This document shows, piece by piece, positions 25,359 to 38,300 of a DNA stretch of 64,000 bases. The stretch's first letter is position 1. Every line of letters begins with the position of its first letter. Below the pieces are notes generated by a model. That model saw only the letters and a program-made list of their open reading frames with translations. It had not been told where the DNA came from and did not search any database. The position numbers and the translations under genes are program-made. Source of the DNA: Neoechinorhynchus agilis (taxonomy: Eukaryota > Animalia > Acanthocephala); NCBI GenBank assembly GCA_051530055.1, contig CM121341.1, forward strand, positions 9,340,784 to 9,404,783, given 5' to 3'.

Positions 25359-28300
25359 ATGGTCGCTACAAAATTCAAACACTTTCTTCCCATATTATAT
25401 CCGACTAAATCATCAAACATTCTTCGACCAAATATACTAACTTCAGTCATAGAAACAGTCGAATCGATAAACGTGATCGCCATTTCAGAGGATGAATCTC
25501 TTGCTCGGTTTGTATCGCTAAGTTCACTGATCCATTCTTCATTGTCTAAGCGGCTACTGCGTCTTTTGTCACATAAAGGACAACGAGCGGTGCTAATAAC
25601 GTCTAATCATGCAACCGACGATCATTTGAGTGAGTTAAAGTGTTTTGTCGAACGGAACTCTTATCTGAAATGCTCGTTTTTATCCCTGAATGCGTTAGAA
25701 ATTGAGCAGTGGTCAACGTGTGAATGGAACGACCTTTTTGAACGATCTCACGTTACTGTGATGCCTTTATCATTGTTCATTTTCGCAATCGAACGCCACT
25801 TAATCGATCCTGATATTCTGACCGCAATTTTGATCGACGACGCATCGGCCATTTTCGAGTTTCATAAAAATAAGGATGATTTTTTTAAAAGGGTGTAAAC
25901 TTATGCTCATCTAAAAAAAGGGTGGTCCACAAGTTTAAACAATATATTTGACCGAATATACCATCTTGATTCGCTATTAAAAATTTGAGTTCAAAATAAG
26001 GACAATGTTATTAGATATTATTGTCTGTCTCTCAAGCGACTTGTCTATTTTAAAATGTTCGGACTTAGCTTCTCGATTCTTAGTATAACACACGTCAAAA
26101 ATCCTTAATTTAGTTAGAAGCCTGTCTCTCAGCACTTCGTTCATCCCAAATCTTCAAATGTCCAACCCAATTACCATCTCGATGCAACCAATCTATTTCC
26201 ATATCTGCTTTTTGAGCGCATAAATTAACACTTTAAAGTTTCTGATTTTGCCCATGAAAATGGAATTCGCATGATTGCTTCCTGTGTTCAATTTTCGTTA
26301 CTTACCGAATCAGCTAATAAAGTGAACAAAAAGCGACGATACATCCAAGCACATTCATTCCGTTTGAGGATCGAAACTTTAGTAAAAATGTTTAAATGCC
26401 GTTTAATTGTCGACTTAGACAGCATTCCGGACTCGAGCTGCTTTTGCGACGATCAAATAAAAATTGTGACTGAATCTGAAAGCGGTGAAGTTAAAACAAT
26501 AAACAAAAAATTTCAGGATATTTTGGCATTTTTTAAGAAAATGAGAAAAACAGCCGATGAAGAGAATGTTATTGGTTTAATTGACGTGTGTTGTAAGATT
26601 AGAGTTGATTGTGGCATTTATGTGTAGTCTGAAAATTGTCCATATTTTCCCAATAAAATACGATTTCACAAAATTTAAAATATTTTCTCTTAGAAAAATT
26701 AAAAAAATCGGTTGCTCAACATTGTCGAGGATTTACACATTGAAAGCATTAGTTATCATCTAAGAAAATAGGTCTTTCAATTTTAGTTGCCGTTTATTCA
26801 TAGGTCTTAATGAATTTCACAAAATCTAAAAATCAGACACTGTGAACTTATCGTCGACGAAAAATCTTGAATTCGACTTCTCAAAATATACAAAGTATCT
26901 CGATTAGTCTGTCGACATAATCAATTCTAATCGTAATATAATGAGTGAATGTTCTTACCAAATACTCCATCTTGGGGTTTTATGTGGTGCAAGATGCTTC
27001 CGACAGATTATTCAATCGTTGGACCAATTAATAATATCGTTAAAAGATGCTAATCAACCAAATAGATCCTTAAACGTTAGACAACAAATCGCTTCTACTT
27101 CCATGACGACACTGAGAAGCGTCCGGTATCGATGCGTATCATCAATATCGATAAATCCTTCAAAATCATGTTCTGTTAAACTGACCACACTTGCCCGAAT
27201 TCTATGTTCCCTTACAACATTGAAGAATATCCCTCAAGTGCTCATTGTATGCGTACACCCATTTACTGCTGTAAATGTCTCATTTGGACTTGTTGATTTA
27301 TCCCGCTGTTTTGGTATACGTTTAAAGATGAATTTCGCAATCTACGAACCCGTTGGGGACGAATTCGGTCTCGTTTTTAATTCTTCATCGAAACCTCTAG
27401 AAGTAATACGAAGTTTCCTTCAAAGGAAAGTGAACGTCTTGTGTATCACCTACGCCGGTCTCGATGCACTGAAGCAACTGCGGAACCATCGATCTTGGAA
27501 TTGTTCTCATATAATCGCATTTGATCCTCCTTTAAATTTTGAGCACTATTGTTTGCTTAAATCAATCGGGTCGCCGTCTGTAAAAGTGACTTTTCTTGCC
27601 AATAAATCCAATGAAGTACTAGCAATGCAAAATGTTGTACTTTTCCGTGGATTCGTTAGAATATTGTCTGATGCAGTCCATAGTGGGATCGAATATGACA
27701 CAAATGGAATTGGAAATGTGTATCGTATACAAAATGAAGCCAATGTCTCTTCATTAAAACCAATCAGTTCGTATTTAGCTCGAGTAAACGTCGATAGGTT
27801 TACTGAAAATCGGATGATTTGCTCATATTTCAATCATGGACCCATTAAGTATACGCTTCTTACTTTCCCGTGTATTCCTAACCTCGCAGGTATAGGCGTT
27901 ATTGGTGCAGGCATCGATTACTGTTCGTCTACGAATAATAGTTGCTGTAATGTCGTTTCTCTTTTAAAATCAATCGGATTTATCACTAAAAGTGGATCGT
28001 TATTCGACGAGAAACTTTGTGCGGATGCGATTCTAAACAGAATTATAGGTGAGGAAGAGTTGTTGGAAGACCAAGAGGAAGAGAATACCATACCCATTGT
28101 TGCAGACTGTTTTCAGAAACCGATAAGTTGCAAATTGCTAATCTATGTGTTACGGATTAGGCTGAAAACTCCGTTGGATCCAGGGTTATGCCCTTTTGTT
28201 GAAAAGAATTGTTGTATGGCCCTTGGAGTTCTGGTGAGCACTCCAATTGTACCAGTGCCGAAATTCCCTTTGTTTCTTAGAGAAGGAGAATACGATGTTG

Positions 28301-31300
28301 AAGTTATTAGAAGTGGAGTGGATGTAAGAGTGACTAATCAGCAACTTGAGACTCTGTTAAAGATTCATACAAATGGAGAATCATGATTTTCAAAAATTGT
28401 TTTTATCAGATTCAACAGTATTTTTTCTTTCAAATCGTTCCTTTTTTTTGAATTTAGTCTGATAACGCTAATTGATTTTTTTCTAAAATATTTCAAACGA
28501 CTTTATGTTTTTTGATTTTTAGCCATTTCGACGAACAATTTGAGACTATTTTTTGTATTTTCATTTGAACATTAGAACCCCTAGTCTGTTATGAGCACAA
28601 CCGGATCCATTGTGCTCGTCTACGAAATTAAAGACCATAGAAATTTAATAAAGGCCCAAATTTATGCTGCTCCGATCTACCGTGTATTCTTGATTCCTGA
28701 ATTTCACTTGTATTGGCTCCTGATACGCTGCAATCATCGAATTCCATGAATCCCTTCTGAAATCAATATAGAACCTTCTCAACAACCACCTCTCAAAGTC
28801 GGAAATCATACTTTCAGCCGATTGCTTTGCTCCCTAAATGAATAATCTTCGTTTTATTGCATTCCATCGATCAGGATTCTCCAAATAAGTTAATATTCTC
28901 TGATTTACTTGGCTTTGACGTTAATCTCGCTCACCAACCTCTAGAAGAGGTTGAAAAATGGCCACATTCCATGAATCTTATCTGTACAATACTAAAGAAC
29001 GAGAACGAAATTTGGAGCATAAATTGGGAAATTTTAGACAAACTTCTTTACCCCCACTCCACGGCTGAATCCTCAAAGTTTGAGTTCAACGAAACAAACT
29101 ATACAGATGCTATTGTAGTGCCGAATTACAGACAAACGGAATTCTCTGAGTATTACCGAGTTGTATCGATAGATCGAAGCAGTTCACCTGTTTCGACTTT
29201 CCCAATCACAAAGCAAAAGCGACAAAATATGAATTTCGATATGACATTCGAACAATATTTCCTTTCAAAATACAAAGTGAACCTAACAAATCCGAGTCAG
29301 CCCCTTTTGGTAGTTGAAAGATGTTCTAGTAGAATGTCTCTTTTGACTCCTAGATATATGTGTGCGATTCCATTTGAAGGGATTCGTGGACTAAAGAAGT
29401 ATGCAAGTGGGACACGCAGAATTTTTCTTATTCCAGAGCTAGTAAATGTCCATCCACTGCCTGCAACTATATATTGCCAACTCAGAGCTCTACCTTCATG
29501 CCTTTATCAACTGGATAATCTTGCGAAATCGGAAGAGTTGAGGCGATTAATATCGGCTGAAACGGGTATTGGTCAAATAGAACCGGATAAAGATACCTTT
29601 TACGAACCTCTGTCGTTTGCATGGGACGCTTCAAAAGAGCTTTCTATGAGTATAATCGAAACTGAAGATAGATCCGGTCTAGATTCGAGCGCATTTCCAT
29701 GCGATTTTGAGATCGATGATTTTAAGCTTGGTGAATATATTGATAGTAGATGGATGCAGAAGCGTGAATTAGAAGACGAAGAAGATCAGCTTTTTGTTTT
29801 CGATGCGAGGAATGTTCCTTTACTGGAAGGAGACGAATACAGCTTAGTGTCATATGATGAGCACGATGAAACCTTTAGTGTTTCATCAAAAACTCAGAAA
29901 TTTGATCTTGATGTCAGTGCTCTTAGCAGCGAGTTTAAGAGTACGGATAAAGCAACCAGGGTAAAGTTTCGCTTAAAAATGCTGAATCAACTTGCTAAAT
30001 CTTCATCTACTTTATCTGAAGCAACTACGACTTTTGAATTGGACGAATGCCTCGTAATAGATACGCTTATTCAGAATGCCAAAGAAGATGTGTTTTCTGT
30101 GGTTATTGATTGCTTAGCTATCGTGGAGCTCATTTTCGATGTTATTTCGGAAATCGATGAACTGGATGCAATGAAACTCGTTGAACAGTATAAAAGTCCC
30201 GACTATTTTCTAATTTGCGGTTATCTCTATGAACGAGCTTTTCCGAGTTTAGCTGTAGGTATTTTGGTAGCTCTTCTTCTATCATGTGACGACCTTTACG
30301 ATCAATTATTTTGAAATGCTAAAATTTAGTTGACGTCTTTAAGTTTTATATGTGACAATTGCGAACAAATGAATGTGAAATTGGTTTACTTTTTTATTTT
30401 GTAAAATTCAATTGTAATATACGGTTTTTGGGCTAGTTTCTTTAATAACATCTATTTTTGCATAAATACGATTGCGTTCGTTTCTATTAGGTTGGAGACC
30501 GGAAAAAAGAACGCCAATTTTCCCTTAGGATAGGAATAATCGCTATAAAGCAACTGCATTCCGATGACCAACTTATGATAGAACCGTTTGATTCGAATGA
30601 ACTTGACTATATAAGGAAATCTCCTATTGGCGTTACCATTTATCACCATCGTCTGATGTGTCTAAATTCTGATGTCCAAGAGGAAAATACCAAAAAATCA
30701 GATCAAAAACTGATTTCATTAAATGCTACCAATGGTCCAACCCCGTGCCACATTCTTCAATCCTTAACGTTACTTTCAGCTCGTGCTGGTTATAGTCTTG
30801 AACGATACGAAATGTTTGGCGATTGTTTCTTAAAATTAGCTGTGACAGTTCATCTCTTCTGCGAGTATCCTAAATTCACGGAAGGCACTTTGAGCTACAT
30901 GAGATCGATTCTCGTCAGCAATAAAGTTTTACAACAACTTAGTCGAAAACGAGCATTAGAAAAGCTTATTGTCGCCAATAGATTTGATCCATTATCTAAA
31001 TGGATTCCTCCTCTGTATTCACTGCCAAATGTATCGAAGCGGAAAAGTGTTATTGATGGTACCGACATTTGGGAAAAGAAAGCGGGTCCTGAATGGGTTC
31101 CTAGTTGTATGGATGAGAGTCAAAAGCGAGACAGTTTCTTTGATAGGTATGGAATTCAATCGTTAAGTACTAAAAGCATAGCTGATGTATTTGAAGCTCT
31201 GGTTGGATGCTATTTAATAAACGGAGGACCTGATGCTGCTTTGAAATTCATCGATTGGATGGGGATAAAAATCATTTCCAGATTCAATTTCGTATCTCAA

Positions 31301-32966
31301 ACACTGTCTAATGAGCTTCATATGAAATGCTTGCCACGCGCAAAGATTTGCGATCAAAATCGATCAACAGTCATGGACGCCTTTGAAGAGCTTATCGATT
31401 ATCAATTCTTTAATCAGTCCCTTCTTTTCTACGCACTAACGCATCCATCATACACGGGAGTACACTTCAATGAGTACTCTTATGAACGATTCGAATTTAT
31501 CGGTGATGCGGTTTTGGACTATGTTGTCACTCGTTATTTATCTCAAGCGGTCATTGCTGCATCGAGGGTTTAAGTTGAGATTATCTATTGTTTTTGAATC
31601 ATAATGGCTGGATTCAGCACATTGTTCACTGAAGGATTCATGAATCTCACTCTTAAAACATTGGCGAAAATTGAGGGAAGCGAATTTTAGGTGCCTAAAT
31701 ACTTGAATTCTGACTGTCCATGATGTTCAGTTTCGATATCTGCCAAGGAAAATAAAGGGTTCTCTCATAGGTTCTTTAATTTTATCGGCGAATAGGAGGA
31801 CGACTAGAAAATGTGTACAACATTCAAAGTGACTTGGTCTGAAGTCGGTGGTTCCATAAATTATGGTAGTATCTTTAATGTAAGTCACTATTTCGCTTTT
31901 TAATCAGAAAGTTTGTCCGTCTCCTTTGGTTCATTTTAGAGATTTCTATTCCTTTGTCGAAAATATACGTAAAGTTTTTATAGATGTTGTTTCATTGCTT
32001 TAAAAATGTCTCAATTCTAGGCAGCCAAAGAACAATCTTCCATAGATAATAGATATTTATTATTTTGGTGATAATAATCATCCGGTAATAGCACATTTGA
32101 TTTATAGGGGAAATATTTCGAAGGAGGTGACCTCGCCACTTTGACTAACCCGAAGGATTTTCTCTGTCGATGAATAATAGATATGGCTCGGCTCAAAGCG
32201 CTATCAGAAATTTCGAATGTTGTTAATTCATGAAAATAGTTTTATAGCTCTTGATGATTTAGGTTGAAAATATTTCAAGAAAAGCTCAAGTTTTTTTATT
32301 ACACTGAAAATGGCAGTAATGATCGGTTGAAACATTGTATTTCACTCACAGAGTTCCACCTTATCACCCGGACAATTAACAGATCTTCGATCATCTTTAG
32401 TTAACAATAACCTCTTTGCCTACATCGCAGTTCGTTTTGGTTTCCAAAAGTACATCCGAGCGAACTCAGCTAGGCTGCTCGACTGCATAAACACATTTGT
32501 TTACACACAAACTGAACTTAAAGAAGATTATGTTATGGACGATGAATTCTGGGTATACGAAGAAGACATTGATGCTGCTGGCAATGAAGGAAGTGTAACT
32601 ATGCTTTCGGAAGTTCCCAAGTGTCTGAGCGACATATTCGAAGCCGTTGCTGGTGCCATTTTTGTAGATTCAAAGTTTTCGTTTGAGACTGTTTGGCGGA
32701 TATATAAGCGAATGCTGGATCCTTTCATCAGTAAATTTGTCAAAGAAGTTCCCGTGTCACCCGTAAGACGAATCTACGAGCTATGTAGAGGTACTTGTCA
32801 TTTTAAACCCGTCGAACGGTTACTCAATGGTCAATACAAATGTACGTTGGTTATCGCCGGTACTGATATTTTTAGGGGAATAGGACGGTCTTTTAAGACA
32901 GCGAAAGCGGCGGCTGCAAGGAGTGCTCTGAAACATTTCGAATCAAATGTGATCGAATGTGCTTAA
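25359..32966 (+). CDS. DICER1: Endoribonuclease Dicer (degenerate helicase, DUF283, PAZ, RNase IIIa/IIIb, dsRBD); 6 exons
   Basis: PAZ TFEQYFLSKYKVNLTNPSQPLLVV; RNase IIIa ERYEMFGDCFLK...ADVFEALVG; RNase IIIb ERFEFIGDAVLD...SDIFEAVAG; C-terminal dsRBD. Introns at about 25887-26237, 26622-26907, 28369-28886, 29961-30490 and 31550-32351. Confidence 0.95.
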
Positions 32967-33192
32967 TAAATTGTCACTATGAAGAAAACAAAGCCTCAAT
33001 CGCTAATGGACATTTTTAGAAGACGTGAAGAATCTTAAAATAGTTTGGAGATTATTTGCCTTTTAATGATCTTTTCTTATCACCCTTTTCTAGCTAACTT
33101 ACATTAATATTTTTTTTGCTTTGGAAACAAGCTGCATACCACAATCAAAAGCAAAATATTCTAGTTTACCATTTTAAATAAAGCCACAAATG

Positions 33193-33429
33193 TTAATAGC
33201 TATTTTTAGATTTCATTTTATAATCCAAGATTTTAGCCTTGCAAAGTTCACGTTGTTTTTCTCCTCCAGTCTCCATTTTCGGTTCATCCCCCGTGCAATC
33301 TTTGCCACTCTGCATTGAATCACTACCTTCGTTGACTACGACGGGAGTTCGTTCTCCATCGGTACTTTCGTCCGAAGCTCGACTTGGAAGTTTAGAATTC
33401 CGTGACCGTTTCGACATGCACTTGCCCAT
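33193..33429 (-). CDS. Small acidic MG-C protein, paralogue 1 (78 aa)
   Basis: MGKCMS myristoylation/palmitoylation-type N-terminus. Shares SK.xSRASD and CKA.I motifs with two neighbours. Confidence 0.7.
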   Translation of the reverse strand: MGKCMSKRSRNSKLPSRASDESTDGERTPVVVNEGSDSMQSGKDCTGDEPKMETGGEKQRELCKAKILDYKMKSKNSY

Positions 33430-33771
33430 TTCTTGAGAAAAGTCGATGTTTTTAAATGAACTACACGTACAGTGAAGAACTTACCTGCTAAATTTAAGCT
33501 TCAAAATGCGAATAACGCGTGTTCTCTTATTCCATGAAGATTCCATCGCCATAGCTACGAGTAAAGTCACGCGTTAAGAATTCAGTCTTGCTTACTAATA
33601 ATGAAATTCGGTAATATTCAGATGAGATACTTGGCGCATTATCTCCAATTCTCAGGTTTTTAAAATGTTTGTCCTCAAAATATAAAGGCTCGATGGAAGG
33701 CTCATAAAAAACAACACGTTTTATTTATTTTGTTTAAGAAGAGGACGCATGTACCTCTGGGTCCTATCCGG

Positions 33772-34090
33772 TGTGGATGGCGGATCCGGAGAGGTGGATG
33801 GCGGATCCGGAGAGGTGGATGGCGGATCCGGAGAGGTGGATGCGGATCCGGAGAGGTGGATGGCACAACCAACGGATCCGAGAGGGATGCGGATCAGAGT
33901 GGATGCGATCCAGAGGTGGAACGGATCCGGAGAGGTGGATGGCGGATCCGGAGAGGTGGATGGCGGATCCGGAGAGGTGGATGGCGGATCCGGAGAGGTG
34001 GATGACGGATCCGGAGAGGTGGATGACGGATCCGGAGAGGTGGATGACGGATCCGGAGAGGTGGATGGCGGATCTGGAGTGGATGACGGA
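33772..34090. repeat. 21-bp G-rich minisatellite (GGATGGCGGATCCGGAGAGGT)n
   Basis: Direct tandem copies, interrupted by diverged units at about 33865-33920. Confidence 0.95.
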
Positions 34091-34357
34091 CGACGACGAG
34101 AGCGACAGCATTCATTGAACAAATCTGAACTCAAGTGTTTATGAGGACTCCAAGGTTCTCTTGTTAAATAACAAATAAAATGCTACAATTTACACCGTTA
34201 CTTGAATACATTTTCAAAATTATGATTCTTAGATGTCACATCATTTAAAAATTTGCTCCTCAAAAATCATCAATGATACATTACAGTTACATCCGTTCTC
34301 AATTTGTCGACTCTTGCATCGCAGTCATTTTTTTATTAAAAATAAAAAGTCAGAAAA

Positions 34358-34654
34358 TCAATTCTCCTTTTCCAGACATTCCTTGTAAGCTAATATCCTT
34401 GCTTTACACATCTCGCGTCTTTTTTCTCTTTCAGGGTCCTTCGAATTCACAACTTCATCGGCATTAGACTCTATCTTTCCGTCTACATTTAAATCTTCAT
34501 CAGGACTTGAGCCCAAATCTATACGTTCGTTTAGTTCTTCATATCTCTTCGGCTCTTCTTCATCGCCGGAATTGTCCGAAGCCCTACTCAAGAACTTTGA
34601 TTCCTTGCGTGCTTCAATATTGTCCGAACGCTTCGACATACATGATGAACCCAT
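34358..34654 (-). CDS. Small acidic MG-C protein, paralogue 2 (98 aa)
   Basis: MGSSCMSKRS...KESKFLSRASD...REMCKARILAYK. Confidence 0.72.
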   Translation of the reverse strand: MGSSCMSKRSDNIEARKESKFLSRASDNSGDEEEPKRYEELNERIDLGSSPDEDLNVDGKIESNADEVVNSKDPEREKRREMCKARILAYKECLEKEN

Positions 34655-34819
34655 TTAATCACACTTTACATTGCTCTAATTTTAATCCGAAATAGGTTAC
34701 CATGACGACCAAAACGTTTGCATCGTGATATCGACGATTGAACGTATGTGATATCGACACATCGACGTTGATTTAAATTCAACAGTTAAATTTAAAGGTA
34801 AAAAAGTGGTTTGATCAAA

Positions 34820-35056
34820 ATGGGTAATTGCTGCTCAAGGCAATCAAAGGTTGTTGAACCGATAAAGGAGTCCAAGTTTCTAAGCAGAGCGTCAGATATT
34901 TCTAGTGATGAGGAATATTTGGATGAGATTGAACAGAATGTAGAACTGGGAAATATTCCGGGTTCAGATACGACCAATCGTCCGGATGAAAGTCCACATG
35001 AATTGGAAAAACCGGAATCGTGCAAAGCTACAATTTCAAACAACAATAAAGATTGA
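34820..35056 (+). CDS. Small acidic MG-C protein, paralogue 3 (78 aa)
   Basis: MGNCCSRQS...KESKFLSRASD...CKATI; divergent from paralogue 2. Confidence 0.72.
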   Translation: MGNCCSRQSKVVEPIKESKFLSRASDISSDEEYLDEIEQNVELGNIPGSDTTNRPDESPHELEKPESCKATISNNNKD

Positions 35057-35391
35057 GATACTTTTTCAAACCTGAAATGAATAAACTTTCATTATAAAAA
35101 TTCAAAAGGGTAAGCGGAATGTGCTGATCTTTTTCTGTTGAAAACAACAAAAACATGTATTTTAACCAATTAAATTTTTTTAGTAAGCTAAAAACAATGA
35201 TTTAAGCGCGTAAACGCAACTCACGAACCCGTTTAGAACTTTTACAGCTACCAGTACTCTAAAATTACGGGCGTTTTCTTGTTTTGAGTTTTCGGAGCAC
35301 GAAATCGTGAAAAGTGAATGTTCATCAAGCTCCTTGGGCTTAACAACTAAATTTAATCGTAGCAGCTCACTGCTCCACCATTGACTATCAA

Positions 35392-38300
35392 TCAAAGGGA
35401 AATCAGCACATCGGGATTCTTAAACACTGGTATCTCGATTGATTCCTCCTGTTGATTTAAATCACGATTGTATTTTCTGTCCAACATGTAATCTTCTTCT
35501 CCTAATCCAATGGAATAATCAGCCCATGGTTGTTTCGTCCCTGAGGCAAAGCAAGCATAAAAGACAATCCCGATAAGGTGAAGTAGACTAGCAATCACGA
35601 ACACTCGTGCCCATTCCTCCCTAGTTCCTTTCCTGGTCATAAGTTGAGATACAATAGGACTTAAAAGTCCGGCTATAGTTCCAAAACTATTTGATATTCC
35701 CATCAAAAGACTCGCGTATCTAGGGGCAATATCCAAATGGTTCACATTAAATCCTTTATGTAAAAATATAAAGAGCTTAAACAGAAAATGCTCGACTAAC
35801 CGGATATAGCGAATCCACTAAATCCAAGTGCTAAGGTAAGTGCGGTAATTGCTCCTGGTGTCGTTTTTGCAGCAGCGACTGCTAGTAAGAACATTGCTTC
35901 CATTCCAAATCCTATGTGAACTTACAAACCAAAAAATATCAGCATTGAACGTTTTCACCTCCACAATTCATTATCTTCCTCACTGCAGTTGTACTTATAT
36001 CTTTTTTTGTTTGTAAATAATCCGCCAAGTATCCAGATAGAGGAACCACGCATGTCATTACCAAATGCGGAAGCGCCGCGAGGAAACCGCTCTAAATTAC
36101 GAGTGATTTGTTGCACTATAAACTCAGTCTAGTTAAAAAAACGATTACTTTAAGAAAAAAAGTGTCTAACGCATTTTTATTATGTGCTTTTTCATTTTTT
36201 TGTACAATTCAAATGCGAAATGAGTTGGATTTTGAGTCATGTTGTGCCATTTTTCTACTTTTGAATCGGTTCCGAAAATAGAAGAAATTTAACTTGGACG
36301 TTGCTAGTGTAACAATTCCATGTCGGAAAAATTCGTGTTTTAATATTTTCTCATTGCGAGCGTAAAAAAATAAAAGATTTTTTTGATTCCAATTGGTTTC
36401 GGAGACACAATCTTTTTATGCCTTTCTAAAAAAGGTTGCTTGTAAGTTTTCTACGATGATCGAGGCACAATTTTGTGCCGAAAACAATTGGAATCAATAA
36501 ATTCTTTTAATTTTTTACGCCAGAAAACAACCAATATGAACAATTCAATCTATCGTTATTTGTTCAGTAAAATCAGCTTTCGACAATTTAATACGATTTG
36601 GATTTAGTTCTGCAACTCAAGTGCACCGACAAAAATAATAACATATCTAAATACTCGAACGCAATCTTCAACAGAAAATGAGAACGATACAATTCTTTTA
36701 AATAGAATTTTATCGAAATTGTTAAATAGAGCATTATTATATGATCAAAAGAAAACAAGCATAGAAGTGTTAAAATAATGAGTTTACTTAAAAAAACCGA
36801 CTTAAAAAATTCGATCAAAATAAATACTCACCGACCCGACCGTAATTCCCAAAGCTTCTTTAAAGTAGAAAGCCTGTCCGACAATCAGAAGATAGAAGGA
36901 GAAACTTCTACAGAAATTCGCCACAATTATTGACCACACGGGCAATGATTTAACGATCTGAATCCACGGTGGTTTTATCCATACCTTGACCAATCGCGAT
37001 TAATGCGATGTATTCAACACAAGTTCGATTTTACCTTGTCTCCATATGAACTCGTAGTACCTATACTTTCCTCAATGTAAGTGAGCTCATCTTGATCGAT
37101 TTGAAAGGAAGTCGAAGGTCGTTCAGATGAGAATTGGAACCATGCATATGACCACAAAAGACCAAGAATCCCTATCGGAGAATAGGAGCTGGGCAAAGTG
37201 CTATATGAACGAACCGTAAATGTAGAATGAAAGTTGCCAACTAATGTTCTCAGTCATTATTCCAGATAATGGCATCCCAAGAACTGCGCCAGCGTATGAA
37301 CCTATCGAATTGACAAAAGCGATTGGATTAAGTCATCAAATTGAGATGATATTTTAATAATTGCCCTATCATTAACGGAATTAAAACAAAGTTTTTGAGT
37401 TAAAATCGTCCTCGAAATCTAGTATTTATTAGATAATGTAAAAATTATCAAATTATTCTGTGAACGTTTTGCTTGAGATCCGCAAAGATTTTTGAAAAGA
37501 GTTAAACTTAGGATATACATAATAATATAAATGTTTTATTAGGTGATTGAGAAAATAGAGATTAATCCCTAATATTTGGTCTATCTCGTCGGACTTCATC
37601 AGGTTGTCTGCTGATGAAAATAAAAGTGTTGTCTGCTAAGTTGTTCATTGGATTTTTTATGATTAGAAGAACAGAGATTAATTTATCAATAGGTTGCTTG
37701 TAAGACCTTAAGAAGACCAAATATTTAATTCTTTGTGCATTAACATTAATAAAACGTGTTGTTATGGTCGAAATTTTTTGAATTAATAAAAATTAATCTT
37801 TATTATTCGCATAACCACAAACAAGTGTATAATGAAATAATAAAAATCAATATCTATTTTGTTAATCATCAAACAAAATATAAATGATAGAATTTAGGTG
37901 AATATACCCGCGGTTAAAAAATTATTTTATTACTAATATTTCGACTGACAAGGCGAAGCAAGCGCAACAATTTAATGATGAATTGCTTTCAAGAAATTCA
38001 CGAGGTATCATGGAAACGAATTTTTTTTAGAAGTTTAAATTAATATAATTGACATTTTAAGATAAAATCTATGATTTAACCAAAAAAGAAAATATTAAAT
38101 AAAGAATTAGTCGCCTCACTGCTTTCGTAAAAAAAGGACAAATGAAACCAGTGAAATATTTTCCCCCATATAACAACAAAGTACTCGATAAACAGTAGAC
38201 TTGATCGATTGAGGTTCCTTTCACGGAGGAATCTAAATTAGCATTTTAAACAGTTACTATGAACTACCACATGATTTTTATAAAAGATGAATAAGATTTA

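Noticed and set aside
26622-26970. TTTATGTG direct repeat suggesting a non-canonical Dicer junction
   Set aside because: The repeat copies are in different frames. The canonical GT(26622)-AG(26907) join gives RNIMSEC, matching Dicer KQILSDC.
29961-30314. C-terminal 118 aa of ORF 28857-30314 as Dicer coding sequence
   Set aside because: A strong GTAAAG donor at 29961 pairs in phase with the AG at 30490; the ORF probably runs on into the intron.
33721-34144. Six overlapping repetitive ORFs
   Set aside because: They are by-products of a 21-bp stop-free minisatellite; no evidence of coding function.
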